Below, one piece after another: positions 49,601-63,160 of a stretch of DNA of 64,000 nucleotides. The translations under genes and the position numbers were made by a program. The notes under the pieces are model-generated. The model ran no database searches. It saw only the letters and a program-made list of their open reading frames with translations, and was not told the DNA's origin. Position 1 is the first letter of the stretch. Each line of letters starts with the position of its first letter. Source of the DNA: Paragordius varius (lineage: Eukaryota; Animalia; Nematomorpha). The stretch covers positions 6,758,001-6,822,000 of the forward strand of contig OZ176055.1 in NCBI GenBank assembly GCA_964247055.1. Reading direction: 5' to 3'.

Positions 49601-50639
49601 GACCCTTGTTACTCAGATATGCCAAAAATTCAAACATTACCACTGATAAAACAGGTATCAATACATCTTTGATGAGTGATTTGGGCAATAAATGCAACAA
49701 CAATCCTGACGATTCTAATAGCGACAAGAGTGTGGATGATATCAAAAATCGCGGTAAGATAAAAAGGTTCCATATATTATATACTAGTTAACTAAAATAG
49801 ATCTTACATTTTTGTCTTGATTTAAACAGTTTATTTTTTTAAAAAAGGTGCTTTGGTTTTACATTTTTCGGTTATATATATTTAGGCTTAAATCAGATAA
49901 TTATGTTTTAGGGAACATTTTTAAACGGTATTTTTCGAAAAGAAAAAAAATCGTATTCGAAGGTCGCAAAAGTTCAATCTGTCAAGCTTTAATTAAGAAT
50001 GATGTTAGATCATGCATTGAACCTATTACAAAAAACCCAAAATCTTCCATAGATGATATTAAACATAAACAACGAAGCTGTCAAAGTTTTCGTATGAAAC
50101 CATCGCAATCCCGACAATCTACCGTAGTACGGTCCCCACTTTTGAAGGCAAGTGATAGTAGAGAGCAAACTGCTATAAAAACAACAAAGTTTGATCTGAT
50201 GAAAAAGGAATGTTTAACTAATCTTGTTACACCGGATTTAGAAAACGATAACTTAATCATACCCTCTGGTAAAAAGTATGAAACAAATACACGAGAAAGC
50301 ATGAGACGTAAAATTAGAAAACGTGAAAGTTCCACCCTTTACACCAACATAAAATCTAATCGTGCCTTAATCAACGAACGCAAGGCTATAAAAACTTTGG
50401 GTATAGTTTTAGGAGCTTTTTTAACGTGTTGGACACCGTATTTCCTCATATTTTTGATTCATCCTTTGTGTGGTTATTGTGTCCCAGTACGCCTATTTAT
50501 ATTTGTTACATGGTTAGGCTATCTAAATTCAGCTCTAAACCCAATTATCTATGCCATATACAACAAAAAATTTAGGGAAGCTTTTAAGCGCATACTAAAA
50601 GGCTTTATTCCACAATTCCATGTAACACAATATTTTTAA
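43679..50639 (+). CDS. Class A biogenic-amine-type GPCR (D1-dopamine/octopamine-beta-like architecture), ~1,280 aa. Exons 43679-43850, 46844-~49766, ~49886-50639
   Basis: TM1 GN, TM2 SLALADLLIAVTVLP, W-C in ECL1, TM3 Asp3.32 (MLDFISC) with EQY at the DRY position, TM4 W, TM5 F..P...I.Y.KIY, TM6 ERKAIKTLGIVLGAFLTCWTPYF, TM7 WLGYLNSALNPIIY and helix 8 FREAFKRIL. Two in-frame exon 2/3 junctions are possible (49766/49886 or 49753/49897). Confidence 0.92.
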
Positions 50640-51206
50640 TCATCCAATTAATTAATAATACTCATGTAATAAACACCGATTCAGATGTGTGTCATCCAGT
50701 TTGTTCTTACATATGGAGTGTCCATTTTAATGATTGCTTATTTCACACTATATGTAGTTGGTCAATTCGCAAAACAGTATATGAAAAAAAAAATAAAAAA
50801 AATGTTGATTAAACAATTTTTTCCATTCTTTACATTGATTTATATATTTTAGTTCAATATTTTGTTGTTTTTTTTATATACTTCTGCAGTGATTGTCCAA
50901 CTATAGTTTGAAATAAGCAACCATTTAAATATATACCGTAAGTTAATTTGAATTGAAAAAATCAATTTCATGTTTTAAATATTACATTATGTGTAATATT
51001 TCGAAACACATTTTTTTGTTAGTGTCGTGTTTTATAAATATACAGTCTCTTTTTATCCAAGGTTCATGACACCAAAAATGTGATATATTATTTATAAATG
51101 CTAACCTTATGTCTTTTGAAAATTTTTCAATGCAACTTCCAAACACTATTAGTATTAATATATGTATTTTATATGAGATCAAATAGATAAAATTTAATAA
51201 AAATTC

Positions 51207-51245
<39 letters not shown>

Positions 51246-52409
51246 TCAATGAATAATTTAGTGATATATATAAATTGATAATATGCTCATCATTAAATGA
51301 AAGTCATTTTGCCCGACTTGGAATTCAAACATACCTAGAATTTTTATAAATATAATATTTAACCTCAAACCGACATTCATGGATGAATTAGAATATTATC
51401 GCTTATTTTTGTTACACGAAACATATGATATCTATCGTCCAATAATTTATTATTAACCAAAGTTTTTTTGGCTTCAAAAAGATTGGTTTCGGTATCAGTG
51501 TTTTTACGAAAAGGTTGGATTCTGGTTTAGGAAAATGGTTTTGATTTAGATTTCATTTTTGTATAAATTTTTGTAAGAATGCTAAATAACAGTAATATAC
51601 ACATGAGCCACATTATGTGACTTTGGTTGTAAAATCTAATTTAATATTTTAATGAATTAATATTTTTAATTAACATTGCATTTAAAACATCAAAAACATG
51701 AATAATTATTTTTTAAAACTACGGTTCTGATACAAAAAACGTCTAGGAATTATTTGTTTTTCCACTACAAACAATTTTGTATGCTGGTGGGTCCATTTCC
51801 AGATTCCAATCCATATTCTGAACCAAAAATGCTAGAAATTTTTTGTATTTAGTTTTAACACTTCATTTTTGAAATTAAATATCTTAAAAAATAATATAAG
51901 TATAAGGCCAAATTACTAACATGCCTTCTATAGCTTTTTTATCAAAAAAATTTTTAATAAAGGTGAATTTGTAAAAAAAATTTTATATCAATCTTTTTAA
52001 CCGCTATTTTTGTTTTTTAAATTTTTAATCGCTCTAATGCAACGTTTATTATTGTTAGAAAATGCAAATAACAAATTTCGGGTTACATTTCTACCAACCA
52101 ACACTACTGATTAAAAAACCAGTTGTGACTTCAATGGTGTTTTGGAGCCACCTTAATTATAGGCTCGAAAAAAATAAAGTTTATTTAATGTAGGATAACA
52201 ATGTTTCATTCAAATTAAACTTTCAAAACAGAATAATTTACAAAATTAAGCTCTAGGATATAAAATAATCCCAAAATGTCATCGTGTACAAAAAATAAAA
52301 AGGCAATGGATTGTTAATGGATTAATTTTCTTAAAATTATTCATAATTGCATTTTTATGATATCAGTCGTTTCAATAGATTAAATTAACTTTTTTATTTT
52401 TATATAGAA

Positions 52410-54290
52410 CTAGCATAAATTCCGGGCTGATACGCAGCCCGAGTTCGGACTTGGGGGAGGCAGGTTTTTTGCCCTTATACACGTATAATCTCATAATTTT
52501 GTCGAAAAATAGCCTCAAAAACATATTGTTAAGCAAGTTTAAGGGTATAAAGGACCCAAGCAAACCAAATTTAACAATCTTAACAAAAATATTTATTCGG
52601 CATAGATCTTAATATAAAAAGATCATCTAGATCATGGATTCCATTTGTTCCTATATGTTCTTGGAAATATTGCTTCAAAACTAAAAAATTGTTTTATGGC
52701 GGCGCATTTTTCAAAGTGAAAAATTTTACTTAGCGACTCAAAATAATCCCCTTATACTAAAATATTTATTTTTTAAGGTATTGAACTCACATAGTCTCAT
52801 GGGTTTTTTGAAATTTGGCTCCAAAGGCATGCTGTATCGATATGGTGACGCAGTTATACGCGGCTAGCCCCCTAACCAGGGGCGAAACAAAAAAACATTC
52901 GATTAAAATTTTTGCCTTATGGGGTATTATCTGGAATCATAATTGATTCCATATGCTCTGGTGGGATATTCGAAAAAATTTCCTCGAAACGAAAAAATAC
53001 TTCTATGGTGGCGCATTTTTCAGAGCAAGTCCTAGCTAAGGGATATTTAATAAAACAACTCTACTTATTTATGTCAAGCCCCTAATGAATTCATATGACC
53101 TGATAATAAAATTTGCCTCCAAAGTCACGCTGTATCGATGTGGTGGCACAGTTGTAGGCGGGTGGCCCCCTACCCAGAGGCCAATATAAAAAAGACGTTC
53201 GATAAAAATTTTTGACTTTTTAGGCGAATACCTTAATAATCATTCATTCCATTTGTTCTAAATATTTTTTGGGAGAATGGCTTCAAAACTAAATAATAGT
53301 TCAACGATAATGCATTTTTTCGGCAAAAGGGCGAAATTAACAGCTTTTTTAAAACACCGCTCGACTTAAATTTTTTCCTTATTAGGGGTAATATTTCAGG
53401 TCCTTATTAAATTATGGCCAGATAATTTTTTGAAAAGTAACCCCTAAACAACGCTATTCCGATATGATGGCGTAATTTTAGGGGATAGCTCCCTACCCAG
53501 AGGCTGATACACAAAAAGTGCTTGATTAAAATTTTTGGCTTTTACGGATACCTGGAATTATAATTGATTCCATATGCTCTTTATGAAAAATTGTCTCAAA
53601 ACTGAAAAATGATTCTATGGTGGCGCATTTTTCAGGGCGTGAAGGGCCTAATTAACGACTAATTTTAAAAAACATACGACCTTTTTGCCTTGTTACGGGT
53701 AATATTTTCAGGACCTATTGAACTCATATGGCCTGATAGGTTTTCTGAAAATTAGCCACAAAGGCACTCTATTGCGATATGACGGGCCAGTTTTTAGCGG
53801 GTATCTGTTTACCCAACAGCCAATATAAAAAAACACACGACTTAAATTTTACCTTTTAGGGAATACCTGGAATCCTTATTAGATTTTTACGGTCTCATAC
53901 TTTGGGCAAAAATTAGATTAAAAAAATTATTTTATGTGGACTTGGATTTTTAGAAAAAAATGGCATTTTACGGGGGGAGGGGTAAAAAGAGGGCCTAAAT
54001 TAAAAAAGCGAGCCGACTATGTTCGGCGCAATGAAAACAGTAAAAAAATATTACATTTGAAACCGAATGGTCCAACAAGTTTCCCGGAAATCTCAAAGAC
54101 GCGATTTTTGTAAAAAAATCGTCTTTTACACGGGATGGGCTCGAACTGGGGGCCTAATTAAAAAAAGGGTGAAACTATAGGGGCATTCATTAATGATTAT
54201 ATTTTTTCAACATTCGAATTTGAATGGGTCTACCAGTTTTCCGGAAACAGATCACAAAGCCAGACTTTTCCATTTTTATAAATATATCGA
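52410..54290 (-). mobile_element. Complete non-autonomous Helitron (~1.9 kb) with ~300-bp internal tandem units
   Basis: Minus strand: A|TCGATATATTTATAAAAATGG at 54290, hairpin CGGGCTG-CGTAT-CAGCCCG, 9 nt, then CTAG|T at 52413-52410. Confidence 0.87.
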
Positions 54291-54369
54291 TTTCCATATT
54301 TTAATTCAATTTCTAAATTTTTAACACTGCGTCCGGAGTTATAAAAGATATCTTGATAATATATGTATA

Positions 54370-54404
<35 letters not shown>

Positions 54405-55275
54405 ATGACAAAATATAGTGCTTTAGTACTTGAGAGTGTTATAAGAAATAACTTTGTAGTAACTGCTCCATATCAGAAAATGGCAAAATTTGAGCAATTT
54501 GCTCGACAAATTTTTGGTGGAAGCTAAATGCTTTATTAGAGAAAATTTCATTAAATATCTGTTATTATATTATAAAAAACAAAATAATATTTTAAAAATT
54601 TCAATTTTTAGATGGGGGCTCCGTTAGTTTAAAATTTTTCCCTCTTCTAAAATGAGCTAGTGTTCCATTTATGGGGTATTTAAATACACCAGACTATATT
54701 TGAGTAGATAGTAGTGTAAACTTACTGAAAGAAACGCTCCCAATATAAATTTATGCTTTTATCCTATTAAAAATTATTATATAAATAAGCTGAAAAATCT
54801 AAATAAAATTTAGTTTTGAAAAAAAAAGTTATATCAAACTACTTCAACGCCACCTTTATTTTACAATAATATGGCAAAATATTGTGTTTATTTAATTTTT
54901 AAATTTAAATATAGCTATTATTGATAGAAGCAGAAAAAGTGGTTCATTATGTATTTATTTAAAAATTAACCAATGCACTCATGTTATATTGACTAAATTT
55001 TTACCTTTTGGCTTTATCTTAATGAGGAGTATCAAGTATTTTTGAATGATTTTTTTTATATTTTGGTTCATTAATGTGATACAAGACAAAATTTTGCCAT
55101 GGTTTTAATACTTTCCATATCTACTAAAGTTTTTCATTTTAAAAATGGGGTATTAAACTATCTAAATTTGAATCGAAGGACTGTAAAGTGTAAAAGTGCT
55201 AATACATTCAGTATATATTGTTTAACTTGAATGATATGACTTAACGATTGAATTGATATAACGTATGTTAAGTTT

Positions 55276-56463
55276 ATGGGAGACGACAAAAATATAGATA
55301 GCACGTCAGGCCTCATTATCAGTATTGATGATCAAAATATTAATAAATTTTTGCATAAATTGAATAATTTACTCTATAAAAATGCATTAGAAGCGGATAC
55401 TACGAATTCTTACACTTTTGATTTTGGGTATGAAAATTTTTGCCTTAATTATGTTACGAATGAGAAAAAAGAGAATGAAGGTAAACAGGTCGAAAATACA
55501 GCGCTAAAAAATTCTAATTCTTTTTCTTTACCCGAATTCACACATAATCACATTTCTACCAAAATGTCTCAACCTTCTGAAACGCAAGCAACTAATAATA
55601 TATATTTGAATTTTAATGAATTTGTACTTCAATCCACTAATCCATTTGATGACCTAGCGCTTAAAACGGTTAATGATATTGAAGAATTGAGAAAAATTAT
55701 TTGTCTCCCCGAATCCGATGTATCATCAACCGTCAATACTAATATCTCTATGGACACGTCCCACTCAATGGATAAAGATGCAAACAATCAATCAGAATTA
55801 GAATCAACTACAGATATTTTACCTGAAACAAATTCAGACATTCCTTCATCAAGTAGTACTACTACATATCGGAAAGAAAAACCAAATCCAGCACCAAAAC
55901 ATTCCCGATTAAATTTGGTTCAATTACTTTTAGATGATATAACATCCGATAAATCTATTCATAGCGATAAAGATGATAAACATTGCCAACAAAGAAGGGC
56001 ACATCACATACAAAATCATAAAAAACGGCATAAAAATTATAATGAGCTACACCTGGTAGGTGCTGAAAACAATTCGCATTCCACATCAACAAATAATTAT
56101 AATACAAATGGTCTAACAAAACGCTCGGAATTACTTGCGATGGGATTCGACTCAGCCTTAGTTGATGCCGCATTGGAACATTTTGGTCCAGAGGGGTTAG
56201 ATCTTAAAGGCTTTATAGATCACTTGTGTTCCGTTAGTTCACTGTATGAAAAAGATGATGCTTTTAGCTTAGGCGATTGTCAAAAAGCTTTATTCTTGAA
56301 TGAATTGGATGAAAATAAGGCTTTAGTATTTCTACAACACCTGCATAAACTTTTCCACTATGGGTTCCCTATCTTAGCCATTGAGCGGGCCTTACTCCTT
56401 TACGATAATGATTTTGAACGGTGCTTAGAACATTTATTGAATGAAAATCGACCAAGACGATGA
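55276..56463 (+). CDS. UBAP1: Ubiquitin-associated protein 1 (ESCRT-I subunit), intronless, 395 aa
   Basis: UMA-like YTFDFGYE, the UBAP1 signature F.EF...TNPFDDLALKTVNDIEELRKII, and a C-terminal triple overlapping UBA (SOUBA): LLAMGF..ALV.AAL / SLYEK..F....Q.AL / KLFHYGFP...IERALLLYDND.ER.LE.L. Confidence 0.85.
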   Translation: MGDDKNIDSTSGLIISIDDQNINKFLHKLNNLLYKNALEADTTNSYTFDFGYENFCLNYVTNEKKENEGKQVENTALKNSNSFSLPEFTHNHISTKMSQPSETQATNNIYLNFNEFVLQSTNPFDDLALKTVNDIEELRKIICLPESDVSSTVNTNISMDTSHSMDKDANNQSELESTTDILPETNSDIPSSSSTTTYRKEKPNPAPKHSRLNLVQLLLDDITSDKSIHSDKDDKHCQQRRAHHIQNHKKRHKNYNELHLVGAENNSHSTSTNNYNTNGLTKRSELLAMGFDSALVDAALEHFGPEGLDLKGFIDHLCSVSSLYEKDDAFSLGDCQKALFLNELDENKALVFLQHLHKLFHYGFPILAIERALLLYDNDFERCLEHLLNENRPRR

Positions 56464-56757
56464 TATCAAAAATTATATTTACTGAAGCTTATTTACTTTA
56501 TTTAATAAATGTATTTAAAATTTTTAACCATATTATGGGTCTATTTCATTAAATTGTATTCAATAAATCTTTATTAATATTTACATTAAAAACATCTTAT
56601 AAGCTTTAATATTGCTGTTGGACAAATTTTTTTGGCTATAATGCTTAAATTTTGATTTAATGTGGATTTATTTTTTTAAATATAGGCATTTAAATTTTCT
56701 GATTATTAATAGAATAAATGTATAGCAAACGATCATATAAGGAATTGATTGTGTTAG

Positions 56758-56803
<46 letters not shown>

Positions 56804-56804
56804 A

Positions 56805-59011
56805 CTAGCGTGAATCTCGTGCTGCTACGCAGCCCGAGGAAGTCCTTCGGACTTCTGGGGGGGAGGGGGTTCGAAGTTTGGATTTGAATAAGTCTACCGT
56901 TTTTCCTGTAGATCACAAAGCCAGCATTTTCTATTTTTATAAATACATAGATTACCATAAATAATGTTTTAATATCCATATATCTTTTAACATGCTATAC
57001 CATTTCCCAGTCTAAATAAACGTTTTCCCAGTCAATCGAAACATTTTCCCAATCAATCGAAACGTTTCCCAGTCAATCGAAACATTTTCCCAGTCAATCG
57101 AAACGTTTTCCCAGTCAATCGAAACATTTTCCCAAAAAAAATTTTCCCAATCAATAAAAACGTTTTCCCAGTCAATAAAAACGGTTTTGTTTTTGATGTT
57201 AAATATCAAAACAAGAATATAAAAACAATTTTTAACCACTATTAGCGTAATAGGATATAATTTTTATAAAAACACAATTATTGAATGACAATTTTTCCAA
57301 GTATATTTCAGTGCACAATCATTAATGACTTATTCTTTAAATGTTATATTTTTGGAATTTGAGTTAAGATAATATTTTTTATTTTATCGATGGTTCGCAT
57401 TAATATATGTGGCTAACTTAAAAAATCTATAGTTACGGAGGAATTAATAAAATTTATAAAAATATACCATTTTTATCACAAAGGTTTAACACTTTATATT
57501 GGATCTTAAACATAAATTTTACGCTAATTTTATAATATATAACATGTGGTTGGGGGCCTAAGGCGACCTTCCAAATATCTTGAGCGGGCCGTAATAAATT
57601 TGGAAAACCATATGCAAAAATATGCCCACAAAATCTTAGCAATATTCATGTATCTTACGCAATCATTATAAATGAGTCGAATTAAAAAAAATTGTTATAT
57701 TGTGTTTGTATTTTACAGTCTTATAAAATTATGTGAATGCCCGTATATATATCGAATGGGGAACCGTGTGCTTTTTGAGTTAAAAATGCGGCCCGCGAAG
57801 GCATTTAGTTGGACACCCTTGTTTAGTAAAATCTCCTTTTTATTAATATTTATCAAAACATTTTTATTAAAAAAAAATTTCGTTAAGATATTTTTTCCGA
57901 TAGTATTTTTATCGACAAACCGGACATATTTAAAAACTATTGTGAAGCGTTCCGCAAATATTAATGCGAACTATCGCTAAAATAAATATTACTTTAGCTC
58001 AAATTCCAAAAATATAACATTTAAAGAATAAGTCATTAATGATTGTGCACTGAAATATACTTGGAAAAATTGTCATTCAATAATTGTGTTTTTATAAAAA
58101 TTATATCCTAAATTGTTTTTATATTCTTGTTTTGATATTTAACACCAAAAATTAAACCGTTTTTATTGATTGGGAAAATGTTTTTATTGACTGGGAAAAT
58201 GTTTCGATTGACTGGGAAAACGTTTCGATTGACTGGGAAAATGTTTCGATTGACTGGGAAAACGTTTCAATTGATTGGGAAAACGGTTATTTAGACTGGG
58301 AAATGGTATATACATATGATAGATACTCCTTACTCAGCAGCTATCATCAAAGAAACGCCTGACTAAAATTTTTGCCTTTTAACAGGGAATACGTGGAATC
58401 TTTATAGAATTTTTACGGTTTCATACCTAGGGCGAAAAATCAATTTAAAAAATTATTATTGTGGACTTTGTTTTTTGAAAAAAATGGCATTTTACGGGGG
58501 GAGTGGGTAAAAAGAGGGCCTAAATCAAAAAAGTGACTCGACTATGTTCGGCGCAATCGAAAATAAGTAAACAAAAATCATATTTGAAATTGAATGGTCC
58601 AACACGTTCTCCGGAAGATTGTCTCAAAAACACGATTTTTGTGGATGTTTTTTGAAAAAAATGGCATTTTACGGGGGGAGCGGGTAAAAAGAGGGCCTAA
58701 ATCAAAAAAGTGACTCGACTATGTTCGGCGCAATCGAAAATAAAAAATCATATTTGAAATTGAATGGTCCAATACGTTCTCCGGAAAATTGTCTCAAAGA
58801 CACGATTTTTGTGGACTTCTGTTTTCAAAAAAAACCCGTTTTTCATACGGGGTGGGCCCGAACTGGGGGCCTATTTCAAAAAAAGGGCGAAGCTATTGTC
58901 GGGGCATTCATTAATGATTATATTTTTTCGATATTTGGATTTGATTGGGTCTACCGGTTTTCCTGTACCAGATCACAAAGCCAGCATTTTCCATTTTTAT
59001 AAATATATAGA
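56805..59011 (-). mobile_element. Composite non-autonomous Helitron interrupted by a foldback insertion
   Basis: Minus strand: A|TCTATATATTTATAAAAATGG at 59011, an internal second TC start at ~58322, hairpin CGGGCTGC-GTA-GCAGCACG, then CTAG|T at 56808-56805. Confidence 0.85.
56998..58308. mobile_element. Foldback element family D (~400-bp arms, 21-bp repeat TTTTCCCAGTCAATCGAAACA) nested in a Helitron
   Basis: TA|TACCATTTCCCAGTCTAAAT ... ATTTAGACTGGGAAATGGTA|TA. Arms 56998-~57403 and ~57960-58308. Confidence 0.9.
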
Positions 59012-60178
59012 TTTCACACTTTGGCATTAAAATCAATTAGTTATATTGAAATATATTAAGATTTAAAAAGTATGATTGTTTTTTATCAAAAGATATTTGT
59101 CCTTTTTTTACGTTTTTTTCGGTGTAATTTCAGTATTGTAATAATATAAAGGGGATCGTCTGAGCAAAAAAATGGTTTTAATACCTCTCCAATTACAATG
59201 AGCGAAAAATAATTTTAAATTTTCTCTCTTTGTTACAAATTCAAATTTAGAAGATTTTATTGGTAGCTTTTTATTATGACCTATATGCAGATTCGTTAAT
59301 CGATGTTTGTGCTAGCCGATTCGTCAATGTTTAAATATTATACGTTATCAGATTAAAATCCACAAAGGATTGTATAGAGCTCCACCCTTCGTAAAATACA
59401 CCATCAAAAAAATCTAATAAATCTATAAAAAACTAAGGAGACCATATGGATGAATATATAATTTTAGCGACTTCCAATTTAATAACAATTATAGTTAAGT
59501 TTTTTTTAAATAACCCGCTGAGTGTTCTATCCACTGTAAAATATACCACATACAAATTACGTGGCATCGAAACAAATTTTTGCCCTAGTTATAAGGCCGG
59601 ATTCGACAATAGCTATACGATTTCTAATAATTCATCGCTTCTGGGGAGGGCTTCACCCTATGTCTCAAATGCGTCATTCATATCAAATTTAATACTGTAA
59701 AATCAATGGGGTACACGTCGTATGTAGAAACAAGCTCTGGTTAAGTCCTTCTTTTGAATTATTTTCTAGGCTATCGACTTCTGAATAAAGCCAGCATATA
59801 TTGGCCTTAAAGAATTTTGCCGATTATGATATCAAACGAATTCCATAACTATTTTCCGAATAAGGGATAAATATTAGTTAATCATTTTTTCTTAATTAAC
59901 GCCTGGGTAGGCCATTTTATAAATAGGCAATCACACAAAAATAATTAGAATTTAAAATATCTTAAAAAACCTATGATATCATATGGATCCTTTCGTAGTT
60001 TTTATTCGTACAAAGAAATATATCCTAGCGCTTTCTTAGTGTATGGTTAGGGCCCTTAGTGCGAAACTCTCCATAAAAAATCCGTGTAGATTAAAAATGA
60101 AAAAAGCTTTAAAACACTTATTCCCCTTTAGGTATTTAATTAAGAGCGATTTTAAATTTGAGTCAAAAAGTATTTAAG

Positions 60179-61092
60179 CAGGGCTTGGAACCGGAACCGC
60201 ATGGAACCGGAACCCGGTTCCTAGGATTTTAACAAGAACCGGTTTCATTGGGATGGACCCAACCCGGCGGTTCCTCTTCCCCGGAAACCACCCAGATACC
60301 GATTCCAAAATTTCAGGAACCGCCCCGGCTCTATCTATTAATTTTTAGGAACCAACCCGGTTCCGGTTGCAACCGTTCAGGCACCAATCCGGTTCCACCC
60401 CCTTAATTACTTGTTCCCATATGAATTTTATGATAAAATATTTTATAATTTAAATGTGGTTTGATTGTACCACTACATATAAAATACTTCAAATTTCAAA
60501 CTTTAAAATAAGCGCCCAATATTATATTAGCGATACTCTCTCAATTTTGGGTGATTATGCTTTTCTAAAAAAACGAATAGTCATTCAAATTTATTTATAA
60601 TACATATGTTCGTATATATAGGTCCTTGAAAGGAGTTTTTTCAACCTTTATTTTATATAGAAAGACCAGAGAAGCAGTTTGACCAGTTGGGGCAATAATT
60701 TTCAAAATTAAATAAAGAATTTTTAGATGCCATACTTAGTTTAACATTCATTATATACCTTTGTACATATACATCTTCCTATTATATCTTTATAATTTGG
60801 TTCATTTATTATGCTACACTATATTTCTTTCACTATACATTTGGCAATTTATATAATTGTTAATATTTTGGTTATTATTATTATAATAATTTTGTAAGAA
60901 AATCAATTAATTAAAAGTCAGGAATCAAAAATGGAACTCTAAATGTTAAGAACCGGTTCCGGAACCGCTAAATTTTTAAAGAACCAACGGGGTTCCGGCG
61001 CTTGGTCGCGGTTCCGGTTCCATTTTTAAATTCTTAAGAACCAGTAGTCCCGGTTCCTCTTTCCTAGGAATCGACCCGGTTTCAATTCCACT
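60179..61092. mobile_element. Probable non-autonomous hAT-like element with clustered GAACCGG/CCGGTTC subterminal motifs
   Basis: Starts CAGGGCTTGGAACCGG. GC-rich AACCGG clusters at 60179-60410 and 60950-61085 flank an AT-rich core. The right TIR is degenerate and I found no 8-bp TSD. Confidence 0.5.
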
Positions 61093-63160
61093 TTTTTTGA
61101 ACGAAATACACTTTCTCTAGCCTTTTAAACATTTTTCATTTTAAAAAATCTCATTTTTAATTTGTTATCGTAAATTTTTTTAATTTGCGAATACTACAGG
61201 CAAAAATTTTCTAATTATATTAGCACAAATCAAAATCAGCTGTGCGTTTCAGCCAGGTTTTGAACTCTAAAAGTTAGTAAACTAAATATATGAGCATTTT
61301 TATATAATAGAGGCGAACAATACTTAATAATTTAATTTTAAAATAAACATATCTAATATTTTATTACCAATTGCTCTCGCATAGAACTACCCAAAAATGT
61401 TATAATCTAAAAATTGAAAAGGTAATGATACGAAAATTTAAGATGATTGAAATGTTCAGCATTTTCGATTTGTATTTAAATTTTTTTTATACCGTCTCTA
61501 CCATGCTTCACAATACCATACTGCTTCACCAAAATTTTGCTAAAAGATTTAACAATGATGTCTAATCTAGAGTCTATTAAAGATTCTTATCAAGAAATCT
61601 CGGCAGTTTTGTCTTAATTTTAAAACTAACCCATTTTAGAGTAGGTCAAAAATTCGAAACTTTCGAAGAACATATATAAAAATTTTTACTTTGTATCTTG
61701 GTTTTAAATATGGTTTATGATATATTTAATGTTATTTTTATATTTTTGGCTTTCACCAAATTCATTTAACACTTTACAAATCGGGGTCTCTAAATACCCC
61801 AGACAAATTTGATTTAGGATTTTTAAAAAACTATTGAAGGAAATGGTCCCAATTTAAATTTATGCTATCCTAATAAAAATTATATAATTATGCCAAAATA
61901 TCTAATTAAAATTCTGTTTTGAAAAAAAAGTTCCATGTCAAACTGCTTTGACGCCATTTTTATTTTACAAAATTTTTGCAAAAAATCGTCTTCATTCAAT
62001 TTTAAGGGTAAAATTAAAGCTAATTTTATATTTAAATTACATCTAACATTGATCGAAATAGAAAAAGCGGTTTATTTTGTATTATTTTTCAATTTTACCA
62101 TTGCACACATGGCACGTTTACTAATTATTTTACCTTTCGATTTTAGCTTAAAATAAGTAATATCAAGTATTTTTGAGTATATTTTTTAACTTATTTCGGT
62201 TTGTCAATGTTATATAAGTGCGAAATTTTGCCATGGTTTTGATTCCTTCCATACTCTTCGAAGAATTTAATTTTAAACAGGCCTGGGGTATTTAACTACC
62301 CCAATTTGAATTAAAGGACCAAAATGAATGTGTTGTTTTCAAGTAATAGACTCAATTTTGTGATTTTATGATATGGAGCAACTACCAAAAAATGACAATA
62401 ACTTTCGATCACTCTTAAAGTCAACAAAAAACAAAACCTGATATTTTTACACCCTCTTTTGTACATCGTGTTTAAAAAGATGGTGACCTCGATAAAAAAA
62501 TATTTAATTTTTCTGAATGCCAAATTTTATTACTTTTTTGGAGGGGGACAAAGTGTTTTAAATTCTTGAAGCCTTTTTATACCGTTTTTATGCCTCAAAA
62601 TAATATAAGGTACGCTTCAATAAGATTTTGCAAAAAATTAATCATTTAAAAATTTATCTTAAAAAAAGTATTTTTAATTGATATGAAAATAAGCTTTTTC
62701 GTGCGTCGACATTTTGACTTCATTTTAAGAGAACCAGCCCATTTTACAAGAGCAAAAAAATCTGCGACTTTCGCCCACAAAATAATAAAAATTTTAAAAA
62801 TATTGAATTGCTATTTATATGTAGATGATGATATCTTTAGCGATATTTTTGGGATGAAGCATTTAAAACCAAAAAAGATTTTATCTAAAAATATGTGCGC
62901 AATACAGCAAAAGTGTAAATATCTTTCTTATATTTCTTATTGCAGAAATCAAAAGTGCCATGAACATCCTGATACACTTTTCTTTTGTTATATATATATA
63001 TATATTTATTACGATTTTTTATACCCCCCGATTTTGGACGCAGTGTTCTGGCATATTATATTTTTTAATTCACCATATAATTGAAATTTTATATTAAACT
63101 ATACTATAATACAGTAAATGCATATTTGTCATTTTCAAATCCATTTTTTATATATGAAAT

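Noticed and set aside
23290-54290. Giant ~31-kb transposon bounded by long inverted repeats and carrying Ldh_2, PGAM5 and the GPCR as cargo
   Set aside because: The two blocks are independent Helitron copies in opposite orientation. The right one has its own complete TC and hairpin-CTAG ends, there is no TSD, and a third copy lies at 56805-59011.
59400-59950. Coding-looking segment and ORF 59446-59700
   Set aside because: No recognisable family motif or consistent splice structure. Probably a degraded TE fragment.
62683-63084. 133-aa ORF upstream of SDHA
   Set aside because: TTG/late-ATG start, low-complexity AT-driven composition, includes an (AT)n run and has no homologous motif.
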